Source: Trueperaceae bacterium
GTDB lineage: Bacteria; Deinococcota; Deinococci; Deinococcales; Trueperaceae
Direction of reading: 5' to 3'
Length of the DNA: 64,000 nt
Assembly (NCBI GenBank): GCA_965213925.1
Contig: OZ243927.1
Span: 2,240,001-2,304,000, forward strand
In this document: in pieces, positions 42,700-52,614 of the stretch
Position numbering within the stretch: the first letter of the stretch is position 1
Layout: each line of letters begins with the position of its first letter
Program-made: the position numbers and the translations under genes
The notes under the pieces: model-generated
Databases searched by the model: none
What the model saw: the letters and a program-made list of their open reading frames with translations, nothing else
What the model was told of the DNA's origin: nothing

Positions 42700-43440
42700 T
42701 TGCCGTCACTCGACGACTTTCATCTACTTGACCTGCTCGATATTTTGATCATTGCGGTGCTGCTGTATCAGCTCTACAAACTGCTTATCGGTTCGCGCGC
42801 TTGGAACGTGTTGCGCGGCTTAGCCGCGATTATCGGGCTCTGGTTCTTAGCGGCTCAGCTCGACCTCGCCGCGACGCAGTGGATGTTCGATAGGGCCGCG
42901 CCCGCCGCTTTTATCGCGGTCGTCGTCGTGTTTCAGCCCGAGCTGCGTTCGGCTTTAGAGCGTGTGGGGCGCGGGCGCGGGGGGCGCAGCTCGAGCGGCG
43001 ACCCCGTCCAAGAGATCATGTCGGCGGTGCGCGAACTCGCCACGCAGCGGCGCGGCGCACTTATCGCGATTGAGCGGCACACGCCCTTAGCCGAATACGG
43101 ACAGGTGGGCACCAAGCTCGGCACGCCCGTCTCGTCGGCGCTTTTGCAGACGATCTTCGGCTCTAAAGGACCTTTACATGACGGGGGCGTCATCGTCAAA
43201 AATGACACCGTCACCTACGCGGGCGCGATCTTTCCGCTGTCCGACAAACACGAGGGCTGGTCGGTCAAACACGGCACGCGCCACCGCGCCGCGCTCGGAC
43301 TGTCCGAAGTCTCGGACGCCTTTACGATTGTTGTCAGCGAAGAGCGTGGTACGGTGAGCGTCGCGCGGCGCGGTGAGCTGCAAGCGGACATCGCGCCAGC
43401 GGAAGTGATCAAGGCGCTGCGAGAGGTTTACGGTGGGTAG
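42700..43440 (+). CDS. cdaA: Diadenylate cyclase (membrane-bound)
   Basis: Three TM helices, FQPELR..LE..G, GALIAIER, LHDGG and GTRHRAALGLSE; probable TTG start after GGAGG. Confidence 0.93.
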   Translation: MPSLDDFHLLDLLDILIIAVLLYQLYKLLIGSRAWNVLRGLAAIIGLWFLAAQLDLAATQWMFDRAAPAAFIAVVVVFQPELRSALERVGRGRGGRSSSGDPVQEIMSAVRELATQRRGALIAIERHTPLAEYGQVGTKLGTPVSSALLQTIFGSKGPLHDGGVIVKNDTVTYAGAIFPLSDKHEGWSVKHGTRHRAALGLSEVSDAFTIVVSEERGTVSVARRGELQADIAPAEVIKALREVYGG

Positions 43441-43731
43441 CCCAGTGAGTAGCTTCGCAGCGTTACGACTAGCGGTTATGGGCGGGGTTGGGCGGCGCGT
43501 TTACGGGGTCAAAGCAAAGGGTAGCGGTTGACGTAGCGGCTTCCGCTAGCGTTCGGCCTCTCTCGTAAACACTATTTTTCAGGTGGTCAACCAAGTGCGA
43601 AACATGAACTATACGCGAACAAACTTTAGCCCGTCCGCGGCGCGCGAAGAGGGGCAAACGCGGTGCAGTACCGGAAGATACGCTGAAGGCGTTGTAAGGT
43701 CCTTTACCCCTCAGCGACTTAGGCTCGAGCG

Positions 43732-44724
43732 TTGAGGCCCTCGTTTCGACTCGATCCGAAACGCTGGCTGGACAAGTGGCCCTTTAAGCTCGCGGCGCTG
43801 CTGCTCGCCGTGATGCTCTGGTTTTTCGTTCGCACGGACGAGAGCGTGACGAGTCAGCGCACCCTCAGTGTGCCGGTGACAGCCGTGGGTTTGAGCGAGA
43901 ATGAACTAGCCTCGGGTGTGCCTGAGCGAGTCGAGGTGACGATTTACGGGCCGAGCACCCGAGTGGACGCGCTCCGCCCGGAAGGGGTCGACGCCTTCCT
44001 CGACCTTCAGGACGTGTCGGGCGACTTCAACGTGCCCGTCAGCGTTTTTCCGCCGCAAGGACTGAGCGCGGTGCGCGTCGCGCCGACCGAAGTCATCGGT
44101 ACCGTCCGGCGCAAAGCGAGCAAGCGCGTGCCGGTGCGCGTCGCGCTCTACGGTCCTAGACCTGCTAACGCGGTCCTGCGGAGCCGCGCGGAGCCGGGCG
44201 AGGTGACGGTGACAGGGCTAAGCTCGCAGGTGGAGCGCGTACGGGGGGCGCTCGCACCCCTCTCCCTAGAAGGGGACGCGAACGCGCCCGTCAGCCTCTA
44301 CGCCGTCGACGCCGAGGGGCGGCCGTTACGAGAGGTCAGGCTCGAGCCCAATCAAGTCCGCATCACAATAGACCGAGAGCGCGTCCTCCACACGCGCCGC
44401 GTTCCCCTCAACCTCACCCTGCCCGACGTGAGCCCCTTGGAAATCTCCGCACAGTCGCTCAGCCAGCCCGACGTGCTCTTAGCAGGTCCGAAAGAGGTCT
44501 TAGACGCGCTGGAGCGCGTTCCCGCGTCGGTCAATCCCTCCTCCTCCGTGCCCCGCGTGAGGGAGTACACCCAGGTGCTGACGCTGCAACTCCCCGAAAG
44601 CGTACGCGCGCTAGAGACGCCTCGGCTCGAGCTGCAGCTCAGCCGACCTCAAGGTGAAACGGGTACAGGGGGCGCTGAGGGTGCCTCGTCCGAGTCCCAA
44701 TCAGAGCCTGCCCAAAATCCCTAG
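43732..44724 (+). CDS. cdaR: YbbR/CdaR family regulator of CdaA
   Basis: 'K..ALLLAV.LW.FV' anchor plus YbbR repeats (P..V.V.G); follows cdaA. Confidence 0.85.
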   Translation: MRPSFRLDPKRWLDKWPFKLAALLLAVMLWFFVRTDESVTSQRTLSVPVTAVGLSENELASGVPERVEVTIYGPSTRVDALRPEGVDAFLDLQDVSGDFNVPVSVFPPQGLSAVRVAPTEVIGTVRRKASKRVPVRVALYGPRPANAVLRSRAEPGEVTVTGLSSQVERVRGALAPLSLEGDANAPVSLYAVDAEGRPLREVRLEPNQVRITIDRERVLHTRRVPLNLTLPDVSPLEISAQSLSQPDVLLAGPKEVLDALERVPASVNPSSSVPRVREYTQVLTLQLPESVRALETPRLELQLSRPQGETGTGGAEGASSESQSEPAQNP

Positions 44725-44968
44725 TTCGCGGTTTGAGGTGGCTGAAAGAGGGTGGGTAGTGGCTCTATCTGGAACGATACTGATGTCAAAGCAAAGGGTT
44801 TCAACCCCTTGTTCATCAACATAGAGATAATAGAAGGAGCACACGGCAACATTCGACTTGGAACCACTACGTGTTGTGGAACTGCTTGTCCTTCTCTTCT
44901 CGAGCCCGAAGCGCTTTGTCCACCGCGCGCAAAAATAACCCCGCCATACCTGTTATAAAGGAAGAACT

Positions 44969-45607
44969 ATGATTTACCCGATTCGCTACTACGGCGACCC
45001 CGTGCTGCGCAAAGTCGCTCGCCCGGTCGCCTCTTTTGATGATGAACTCCAGACGTTGAGCCAGGACATGATGGAGACGATGTACGACGCGAACGGCGTC
45101 GGCTTAGCCGCGCCGCAAATCGGACTGTCCAAGCGGCTCTTCATCGCCTTGCAGATCGAACCGGTAGAGGACGAAGAACCTGACGAAGCGGACGACCTCG
45201 CGGCGCTTTCCACCGAGGAGAAGCGCAAGCGCTGGGGCGTCGTCGCCGAGCACGTCATGGTCAATCCCGAGATCATCCGGCGCAGCGGCGAGCAGTTTGG
45301 GCAAGACGGTTGCCTCAGCGTGCCGGGGCTTTTCGTGAGTGAGATGAGACGCAACGACAAGGTTACGGTGCGCTTTCAAGACGTGGCGGGCGAGCCTCAC
45401 GAGCTAGAGGCTGAGGGACATTTCGCCCACGTGATTCAGCACGAGTTGGACCACTTGGACGGCGTGCTCTTCTTCGACCGGCTCCCCGAAGAGGATCGCA
45501 GGCGCTTCATGAACGAGCACCGCAAAGAACTCGCCGCGCTGCAGCGCGAGGCTAAGGCCGCACTCAAGCAGTTGAAGGACAACCCGCCCCTAGCGAAGGT
45601 CACGTGA
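44969..45607 (+). CDS. def: Peptide deformylase
   Basis: GVGLAAPQIG, DGCLSVPG and QHELDHLDG. Confidence 0.95.
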   Translation: MIYPIRYYGDPVLRKVARPVASFDDELQTLSQDMMETMYDANGVGLAAPQIGLSKRLFIALQIEPVEDEEPDEADDLAALSTEEKRKRWGVVAEHVMVNPEIIRRSGEQFGQDGCLSVPGLFVSEMRRNDKVTVRFQDVAGEPHELEAEGHFAHVIQHELDHLDGVLFFDRLPEEDRRRFMNEHRKELAALQREAKAALKQLKDNPPLAKVT

Positions 45608-46563
45608 TGCGTGGGCCCTTGCGGGTGGCGCTCTTCGGCTCGCCGAGTTTCGCGTTGCCTACGTTAGATGCGCTCCACCAAGAACATGAGCTGGTTTTGG
45701 TCGTCGCGCAGCCCGACAAACCTGCGGGGCGGGGCAACAAATTGACCTCTCCGCCCGTCGCGGTGCGCGCGAAGGAATTGGGGGTGAGGCTCGAGCAGCC
45801 CGCCAAGCTCAAGAAGAACGAGGCGTTTTGGGAGCTACTCCAATCTTTAGACCTAGACGTCGCCGTCACCGCCGCCTACGGTAAGATTCTGCCGCAGACG
45901 CTGCTCGAGGTGCCCAAGCACGGTTTCCTGAACGTCCACGCGAGCCTCCTGCCCAAGTACCGCGGAGCCGCGCCGATCCAGTGGGCGCTCATTAGCGGCG
46001 ACGAGGAGACGGGCGTGAGCGTAATGCAGACCGAAGCGGGGCTCGACACGGGTCCGGTCAGGTTAGTTAAGAGGGTGGACATCGAACCCCACGACACCGC
46101 CTCGACGCTCTTTCATAAGCTCTCTCTAGTAGGAGCCGAAGCGATGAAAGAGGCATTAGCTAAGTTGGCGATAGGCGACCTCCCCTGCGAGCCGCAAGAC
46201 GACGAACGCGCGACCTTCGCGCCCCTTCTGACTAAGGGCGACGGCGAAATCCGCTGGGCTGATTCGGCGAGAGAGGTCTACAACCGCTTTCGCGGCGTCA
46301 TCGCCTGGCCCGGCACCTGGACGACCTACGGGGGCAAGACGCTCAAAGTGCACGATTTAGAGGTTCGAGAAGACCTGCCTATGCAAAAGAGTAATAGGGG
46401 AGACGCGGGCGAGGTCCTGAGGGTGGATGCGGACGGTATTTTGGCGGTGACAGGCGAGGGCGCAGTGCTGCTCAAAACGGTGCAGCCGCCCAACAAACCC
46501 AAGATGAACGCCTTCGATTTCGCTAACGGCTACGCTGTGAAGGCGGGGCAGTCCCTTGGCTAG
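45604..46563 (+). CDS. fmt: Methionyl-tRNA formyltransferase
   Basis: QPDKPAGRG, AAYGKIL, NVHASLLPKYRGAAPIQ and GLDTG. Confidence 0.96.
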   Translation: MMRGPLRVALFGSPSFALPTLDALHQEHELVLVVAQPDKPAGRGNKLTSPPVAVRAKELGVRLEQPAKLKKNEAFWELLQSLDLDVAVTAAYGKILPQTLLEVPKHGFLNVHASLLPKYRGAAPIQWALISGDEETGVSVMQTEAGLDTGPVRLVKRVDIEPHDTASTLFHKLSLVGAEAMKEALAKLAIGDLPCEPQDDERATFAPLLTKGDGEIRWADSAREVYNRFRGVIAWPGTWTTYGGKTLKVHDLEVREDLPMQKSNRGDAGEVLRVDADGILAVTGEGAVLLKTVQPPNKPKMNAFDFANGYAVKAGQSLG

Positions 46564-47869
46564 AGTCGCCATCGTCGGACGCCCGAACGTGGGCAAGTCG
46601 AGCCTCTTCAACCGCTTAGTCGGGCGGCGCGAAGCCATCGTCGCGGACATGCCGGGCGTCACACGGGATGTCAAAGAGGCGAAGGTCGAGAGCGACCTGG
46701 GCGGCGCGTTCACCCTGCTCGACACGGGCGGGCTCTGGTCGAACGACACCTGGGAAGCGCCTATCAAGCGCCGCATCGAAGCGGCGCTCCATGACGTTGA
46801 CCTCGTCCTCTTTTGCGTCGATGGGCGGGGCACGCTTTCTGCTGCTGACTACGAAATTGCCGACTGGCTCCGTACCTTAAACAAAGAAGTGCTCCTCATC
46901 GCCACCAAAATCGACGACCCGCGCCACGAGGAGAGCCCGGACGTGTTCGAGTTGTACGCGCTCGGCTTCGGCGAGCCGATATTCACCTCAGCCGAGCACG
47001 CGCGCGGCACGTACGAACTCGTCGATATGGTTGTCGAGCGGCTGCCCGAAGACGACGACAAAGCCGAGTCCGAGAACGTGCGCGTCGCCATCATCGGACG
47101 CCCGAACGTGGGCAAATCGAGCCTCTTAAACGCGCTCGTGGGCGACGAGCGCGTGATTGTGGCGGACCTGCCGGGGACGACGCGCGACAGCGTCGACGTA
47201 CAGTTCGACTTCGGCGGGCGACCTTTCGTGCTCGTAGACACGGCGGGCATCCGCCGTAAGCCGAGCGAGGACGTCGAGTACTACGCCAAGCTCCGCAGCG
47301 AAGAGGCGCTCCTCAAGTCCGACGTGGCGGTTTTGGTCATCGACCCCTTCGAACTCGGCGACCACGAGCTGCGCCTCGCCAACCTCGCGCTCTCGGCGGG
47401 TAAGCCCGTGGTGATGGCTATCAACAAATGGGACTTGGTGAGCGACGAGCAGTTGCGCGAGTTCGAGCGTGACGTGGCGGAAGAACTCGCGCATCTGCAC
47501 TTCGCGCCTAAAGTTTATACGAGCGCGCTCAACGCTTACGGCTTGCACGACGTTTTAGCCGCAGTCATCCGCGTGTACGACACGGCGCGCTTTCGCATCC
47601 AGACGAGCGAGATCAACCAGTGGTTGGAGGTCTGGACCCAGCGCCAAGCCCCGCCGAACTTCAAGGGCAAGCCCCTCAAACTCCTCTACGGCACCCAAGC
47701 CGACATCGCCCCGCCGACCTTTGTGATTTCTGTGAACAACGAGAAATTCATCACCCGCGCCTACGAGTCGTACCTCTTGAACCGCATCCGCGAAGACCTG
47801 GGCTTTATGGAGGTCCCGGTGCGGCTCATCTTTAAGTCGAGGGCGGGCGGCAAGCGGGTGCGGTTATAG
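46556..47869 (+). CDS. der: Ribosome biogenesis GTPase Der
   Basis: Two GRPNVGKSSL G-domains (GVTRD/GTTRD, DTGG/DTAG) and KH-like PPTF. Confidence 0.97.
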   Translation: MARVAIVGRPNVGKSSLFNRLVGRREAIVADMPGVTRDVKEAKVESDLGGAFTLLDTGGLWSNDTWEAPIKRRIEAALHDVDLVLFCVDGRGTLSAADYEIADWLRTLNKEVLLIATKIDDPRHEESPDVFELYALGFGEPIFTSAEHARGTYELVDMVVERLPEDDDKAESENVRVAIIGRPNVGKSSLLNALVGDERVIVADLPGTTRDSVDVQFDFGGRPFVLVDTAGIRRKPSEDVEYYAKLRSEEALLKSDVAVLVIDPFELGDHELRLANLALSAGKPVVMAINKWDLVSDEQLREFERDVAEELAHLHFAPKVYTSALNAYGLHDVLAAVIRVYDTARFRIQTSEINQWLEVWTQRQAPPNFKGKPLKLLYGTQADIAPPTFVISVNNEKFITRAYESYLLNRIREDLGFMEVPVRLIFKSRAGGKRVRL

Positions 47870-48006
47870 AAAGAGGTTGCGTGACATAAATACTCGCACC
47901 TATTTGAGTTAAACCAAAAACGTTCTTAACGTATGAATCTCAGCGCTGCTTACGAATGACAGAGAACGTTTTGGCGTGGTAGGGGCGGTTGAAACTAATT
48001 CTGCAG

Positions 48007-48047
48007 GCGTACTCAGTTTGCAAAACTATGTCGTGCCCGTCTGTGCT
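48007..48047 (+). repeat. Palindromic repeat family D, degenerate copy 3
   Basis: AGTTTGCAAAACTATGTCGTGCCCGTCTGTG aligns with copies 1 and 2. Confidence 0.6.
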
Positions 48048-48096
48048 ACCGATTCAGATTGATTCGCGCATGTTAGCGAATCAATCTGAATTCGTA
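48047..48096. mobile_element. MITE-like family B, copy 4
   Basis: TACCGATTCAGATTGATTCGC / GCGAATCAATCTGAATTCGTA (19 of 21 inverted match); overlaps the stop codon of the S8 gene. Confidence 0.72.
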
Positions 48097-49853
48097 TTAA
48101 AGGGCTCACTTAGGTAGATGTCTCTGCCCGTCAGCGCGTCGCCCGACCCGACCGTGATGGGGTCCTCGTAGCGCCCGGAGGGTTCGCCTTCGTCGCGCTT
48201 TCCGTCGTCGTCCAGGTCTTGCCACGCCTCGAGCACATACGTTCCGCTTACCAAATCGTCGATTAGGAAAGGCTGCTGAGGGGTGTCGATGACGAAACTC
48301 TGGCGTCTCGAGCGGCTCTCGTCGAAACGCTCACACGTCGTGGTGCAGAGGCTCGCCTGCACATAGGTCCGTACGGGGCTGGACACGAGCGGCAGGGGCG
48401 AGCGAGCCGAACCGCCGAGCGCCGCCGATGCATCTACGAGCCCCGCGCCGCAGTCCTCACGGTCCGCTCGCCCGCACGCCCGCGCCGACAGCGGGGTCGC
48501 GCTCCCTTTGAGCTTCGCCTCGATAGCGTCGGGGCTCAGCCCCGGCTCCTGGGCGAGCATCAGCGCGACGAGCCCCGACACGTGCGGCGCAGCCATCGAC
48601 GTGCCCGTGTAGAAAGCGTAGTCGAACCTGGACGTTTGCTCGTTCTTGACCGTGCTGAGGACGCCCGCGGGTGCCCTGTCGCCGTTGACGTTGACGGACT
48701 GCCCCCGGTCGCCGCCGGGAGCCATCACGTCGATCTCTCCGCCATAGTTCGAGTAAGGGGCGCGTCTGCCGCGCGGTCCGGTTGCGCCTACCGCGATGAC
48801 GCCGTCGCAATTGGCAGGCGAAAATTCCGCCACGTCGATGTCGCTGTTGCCCGCCGCGACGACGACCGTGACGCCCTTTGCCCGTACGGTGTCGATAGCG
48901 CTCTGCTCGAACATGCTGCAGGGCGCTTCGCCGCCTAAGCTCAGGTTGATGACTTGCGCGGGGTTGGGGTTGATGGGGACGCCCTCAACGGGTTCGCCCG
49001 CCGCCCACAACGCGCCGTTCACAGTGTCGCTCAGCGTGCCTATGCCTGTCGCGCCGAGTACGCGCACGCTTAGCAGCTTCGCGCCCCAGCTCACCCCGGC
49101 GACGCCGCTGCCGTTATCCGTGCTCGCGGCGACCGTGCCCGCTACGTGCGTTCCGTGATAGAACGATTCCCCCCCTAAGTCGGTGGGGTCGGCGTCGTAC
49201 CCGTCGCCGTCAGCGCTGTACGCCGGGTTGGAGACGAAGTCGTAACCGCCCGCCCACACCCCTTGCAAATCGGGGTGCGGGACGGAACCCGTGTCGATGA
49301 CCGCAACCGTGACGCCACCCGCCGCGCCGTCCTCGATGTCCCAGGCGGCGGGCAAGTTCATCGCCTCGTAGTGCCACTGATACGCATAGAACGGGTCGTT
49401 GGGCGTCTTCGCGATCGTCTTGATGGTATTAGGCTCGGCGTAAGCGACGTCGGGGCGGGCGCTGAGTTCATCAATGAGCGCCAACGTCTCCGCTTCGTTC
49501 AAGCCCTCCGCGCGGTAGAGCGCGGCTCGGGGCACACCGGTCGCTCCTACCCGCTGCACCGTGATATTCTGAACCGACAACACCGACAGAGACTGCATCT
49601 GAACGTTTGAAGTGAACTTGACGATGACCTCACCGGGAACGAACGCGGAGGTCGCGAACTGAGACGCCTCGGTCTCATCACCTAGCACGATGTTCCCCGT
49701 ATCCCCAGGAAAGATGAGCGTGCCTGCGATTGAAGCGGGTTGAGGGTCGCTGCTACAAGCAGCGAGGAAGAGAAGCGTGAAGAGCGTGAGATAAAAGTTG
49801 AGGACAGGGCGAACACCCCAACGTGCGACGAGAAGAGACGCGAAGCGAGTCAT
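48081..49853 (-). CDS. S8 subtilisin-like serine protease lipoprotein (paralog of 39854-42197)
   Basis: Lipobox LAAC; IDTG, HGTHVAG and GTSMAAPH; long near-identical stretches such as QWHYEAMNLPAAWDIEDG. Confidence 0.92.
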   Translation of the reverse strand: MTRFASLLVARWGVRPVLNFYLTLFTLLFLAACSSDPQPASIAGTLIFPGDTGNIVLGDETEASQFATSAFVPGEVIVKFTSNVQMQSLSVLSVQNITVQRVGATGVPRAALYRAEGLNEAETLALIDELSARPDVAYAEPNTIKTIAKTPNDPFYAYQWHYEAMNLPAAWDIEDGAAGGVTVAVIDTGSVPHPDLQGVWAGGYDFVSNPAYSADGDGYDADPTDLGGESFYHGTHVAGTVAASTDNGSGVAGVSWGAKLLSVRVLGATGIGTLSDTVNGALWAAGEPVEGVPINPNPAQVINLSLGGEAPCSMFEQSAIDTVRAKGVTVVVAAGNSDIDVAEFSPANCDGVIAVGATGPRGRRAPYSNYGGEIDVMAPGGDRGQSVNVNGDRAPAGVLSTVKNEQTSRFDYAFYTGTSMAAPHVSGLVALMLAQEPGLSPDAIEAKLKGSATPLSARACGRADREDCGAGLVDASAALGGSARSPLPLVSSPVRTYVQASLCTTTCERFDESRSRRQSFVIDTPQQPFLIDDLVSGTYVLEAWQDLDDDGKRDEGEPSGRYEDPITVGSGDALTGRDIYLSEPFNTNSD

Positions 49854-50100
49854 AGAGGCTAGTCTAGCCCTGCTTTCAGGGTCTTCCCTGATAAGAATTT
49901 CCCGTTGGGGAGGCGAACTACTTCACACTAAGCTAAAAACTGAACGTAGCAGACAAGTTGTCAGTAGCCGGTACCTCGTGCTGAATTCTGACGACTTACC
50001 GCTGACGACTTTGCCTCACGCTTTACACGCGCCCCATTTTATGCGATACGATAAAAGAAGTTAAAGCGGTCAACGTAACTGCTACACTAAAATTGCGCAG

Positions 50101-50220
50101 ATATACCCGCTAAAGCAGCCAGCGGGAGCGGTACCACGCGACTGCACAGGTCATCGCCTAAAGTGTATGTTGAATATCGCTTCACCCTCTTAGGGTGTTG
50201 ACGACCAGATGCTACCTGCA
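50101..50220 (+). repeat. Dispersed repeat family C, copy upstream of prfB
   Basis: Core at 50151-50172; TATACCCGCT(A/G)AAGCAG shared with 8885; ends ..TACCTGC. Confidence 0.6.
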
Positions 50221-50233
50221 AAAGGAGACAACT

Positions 50234-51329
50234 ATGACCATGCAAGAACCTAAACAACAACTTCTCGCCCTCCGGGGGTATCTTTGACGTCGCTGGCAAA
50301 GAGGCGCGGTTAGAAGAACTCGAGCCCAGGCTCAACGACCCCACCCTCTGGAACGACCCCGACGAAGCCCGCAAGGTCACGCAAGAATCCTCGAGGCTTG
50401 GACGTATCGTTGAGAGCTATCACCGCTTAGAGAGCGACATCGAAGGCTTAGAAGAACTCTACGAAATCGCCTCTGAAGAGGAGATAGCGGAGTTAGAAGA
50501 CGAAAAAACGTCCATCCAAAAAACCCTCGACCTGCTCTACCGCGAGACGCTCTTCTCCGGCGAGCACGACGAACGCGCCGCGATTTTGACCATCACGCCG
50601 GGCGCAGGCGGCACCGAGTCCTCGGATTGGGCAGGAATGCTCTTTAGAATGTACCGCCGCTTCGCCGAGCGCCAGGGCTTCAACGTCGAACTTTTGGACG
50701 CTGTCGGCAACGACGCCGCGCCCAACGGCATCGACTACGCCCAAATTATCGTACGTGGCGAACGCGCCTACGGGCTCCTTCAAGTCGAGTCGGGCGTCCA
50801 CCGCTTGGTACGCGTCAGCCCCTTCGACTCGCAGAACCGCCGCCACACGAGCTTCGCGGGCGTCGAGGTGATGCCCGAAATCGACGACGACATCGAGCTA
50901 AACATCGACCCGAACGACCTCCGCGTGGACGTGTACCGCTCGTCCGGTCCGGGTGGGCAATCCGTCAACACCACCGACTCGGCGGTGCGTGTCGTCTACA
51001 AGGGCGGCACGCCGGATGAGATCGTCGTGACCTGTCAGGACGGCAAGAGCCAGATTAAAAACCGCGAGAAGGCGATGACCGTTCTGCGCTCCCGCCTCTT
51101 CGAACGCGAAGAGCGCAAGCGGTTAGAGGAGCAGATGAAGGCGCGGGGCGAACAAAAAGCCATCGAGTGGGGCTCGCAGATCAGGAGTTACGTGCTCGAC
51201 AAGCAGTACATCAAGGACCACCGCAGCGGTGAGACGCGCCACGACCCCAATAACGTCTTAGACGGAGATATTGAGGATTTGGTGTGGAAGGGGCTCGAGT
51301 ACAACGCGCAGCAGCGCGTAGCCGCATAA
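50234..51329 (+). CDS. prfB: Peptide chain release factor 2 with programmed +1 frameshift
   Basis: ATG 50234 .. CGG GGG TAT CTT TGA C (50282-50288); the +1 frame continues into ORF 50586; SPF and GGQ motifs. Confidence 0.96.
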
Positions 51330-51407
51330 AGCTAGAGGGTGAAAGTTAAAGAGGTGAAGTTGAGTTTTGCGCAGCTTTGACGCTGTGTAAAACTCTATTC
51401 TCGAGGG

Positions 51408-52598
51408 GTGAAACGTACCTCTTACTTAAAAACTATTGGCGTTACTGCTGTTATGCTTTTTCTGACGATTTCATACGCTCAAACTGATTCTTCAAGCATT
51501 TTAGATTCGTATCTTCATGAGCGTTTCTGGAGCCAAATAACCGTCGATAATGTTCAAGAGGAGTTGGACAAGGGCGTCAGTATAAAGGCTCGTGATGGAG
51601 ATGAGGTTACACCTTTAATGTGGGCTGCCGCTTACAATGATGACCCTGAAGTTATCTCCGCGCTCCTCGACGCTGGTTCAGATGTTGATGCGCAACTTAC
51701 AAGCGGCTGGACAGCTTTAAGCGCTGCTACTCGCTTCAACCGCAACCTTGATATCACCGCTACTCTAATTGAAGCCGGGGCTGATGTAAATGTTCGCTCT
51801 GTAGATGGCACGACTCCTCTGATGTTGGCGGTTGAGCACAACAGTCTTGGCGTCATTGAAAAACTTATCAACGCTGGAGCTGATATAGACCTGCAAAATT
51901 TATCGGGAGAGACAGCGCTGAGGCTCGCTATTCAGAATAGTAACCATGAGGTTGTCACTACTTTACTTGATGCAGGAGCTAAAATAGACCTGCGTTACTC
52001 GGACGGAAGCACTGCTCTACTCACTGCTTTTGATAGGTCTGATATTGATGAAGCTATAGTCATCTCTCTTATCAACGCTGGAGCCGACGTAAACGTTTTT
52101 GCTGAGGACGGCTATACGATTCTGATAGCTGCTATCACAAGCTCTACTACGAATCCAAGAGTAGTTTCGGCACTTCTTTGGGCTGGTGCTGAGGTAGATG
52201 CACGCGATATCGAATGGGGCACAGCGCTCATGCACGCTTCATTTCTCGGCGATACGATAGCGACTGACATACTCTTAGAAGCAGGCGCTGATGTCAACGC
52301 TCGAGATTTTCATGGCGTGACCCCTTTGATGCTTGCTTCTATGTACGATAGACCTCATATGATAGAAACACTTCTCAAAGCAGGCGCTGACGTAAAAGCT
52401 CGTGATGAAGAAGGTAAAACAGCACTAATGTACGCTTCGATGTTCGGTAGCTCTACGGTTGTTGAAATGCTTTTGGATGTTGGAGCGGATGCCAGTCTAA
52501 GAGATGTTGATGGTGCAACTGCGCTAGAATATGCGGACGAGGCGGAAGGCTTTAATGATACAGAAGTCTACCAACAGCTTTTGGAAGCAACCCGCTAA
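51408..52598 (+). CDS. Secreted ankyrin-repeat protein
   Basis: Signal peptide; about 10 repeats of G.T(P/A)LM.A......V..LL.AGADVN; lower GC. Confidence 0.92.
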   Translation: MKRTSYLKTIGVTAVMLFLTISYAQTDSSSILDSYLHERFWSQITVDNVQEELDKGVSIKARDGDEVTPLMWAAAYNDDPEVISALLDAGSDVDAQLTSGWTALSAATRFNRNLDITATLIEAGADVNVRSVDGTTPLMLAVEHNSLGVIEKLINAGADIDLQNLSGETALRLAIQNSNHEVVTTLLDAGAKIDLRYSDGSTALLTAFDRSDIDEAIVISLINAGADVNVFAEDGYTILIAAITSSTTNPRVVSALLWAGAEVDARDIEWGTALMHASFLGDTIATDILLEAGADVNARDFHGVTPLMLASMYDRPHMIETLLKAGADVKARDEEGKTALMYASMFGSSTVVEMLLDVGADASLRDVDGATALEYADEAEGFNDTEVYQQLLEATR

Positions 52599-52614
52599 CC
52601 TCACCCCAACCGCT

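Noticed and set aside
43508..44799. Shared 15-mer GTCAAAGCAAAGGGT on both sides of cdaR (43508 and 44785)
   Set aside because: Flanks do not extend the match convincingly; a single pair is insufficient to call an element
50101..50220. T-box-like GGTACCACG and fluoride-riboswitch-like fragments upstream of prfB
   Set aside because: Spacing and stems do not fit either model; the region aligns better with repeat family C. An Infernal scan would settle it
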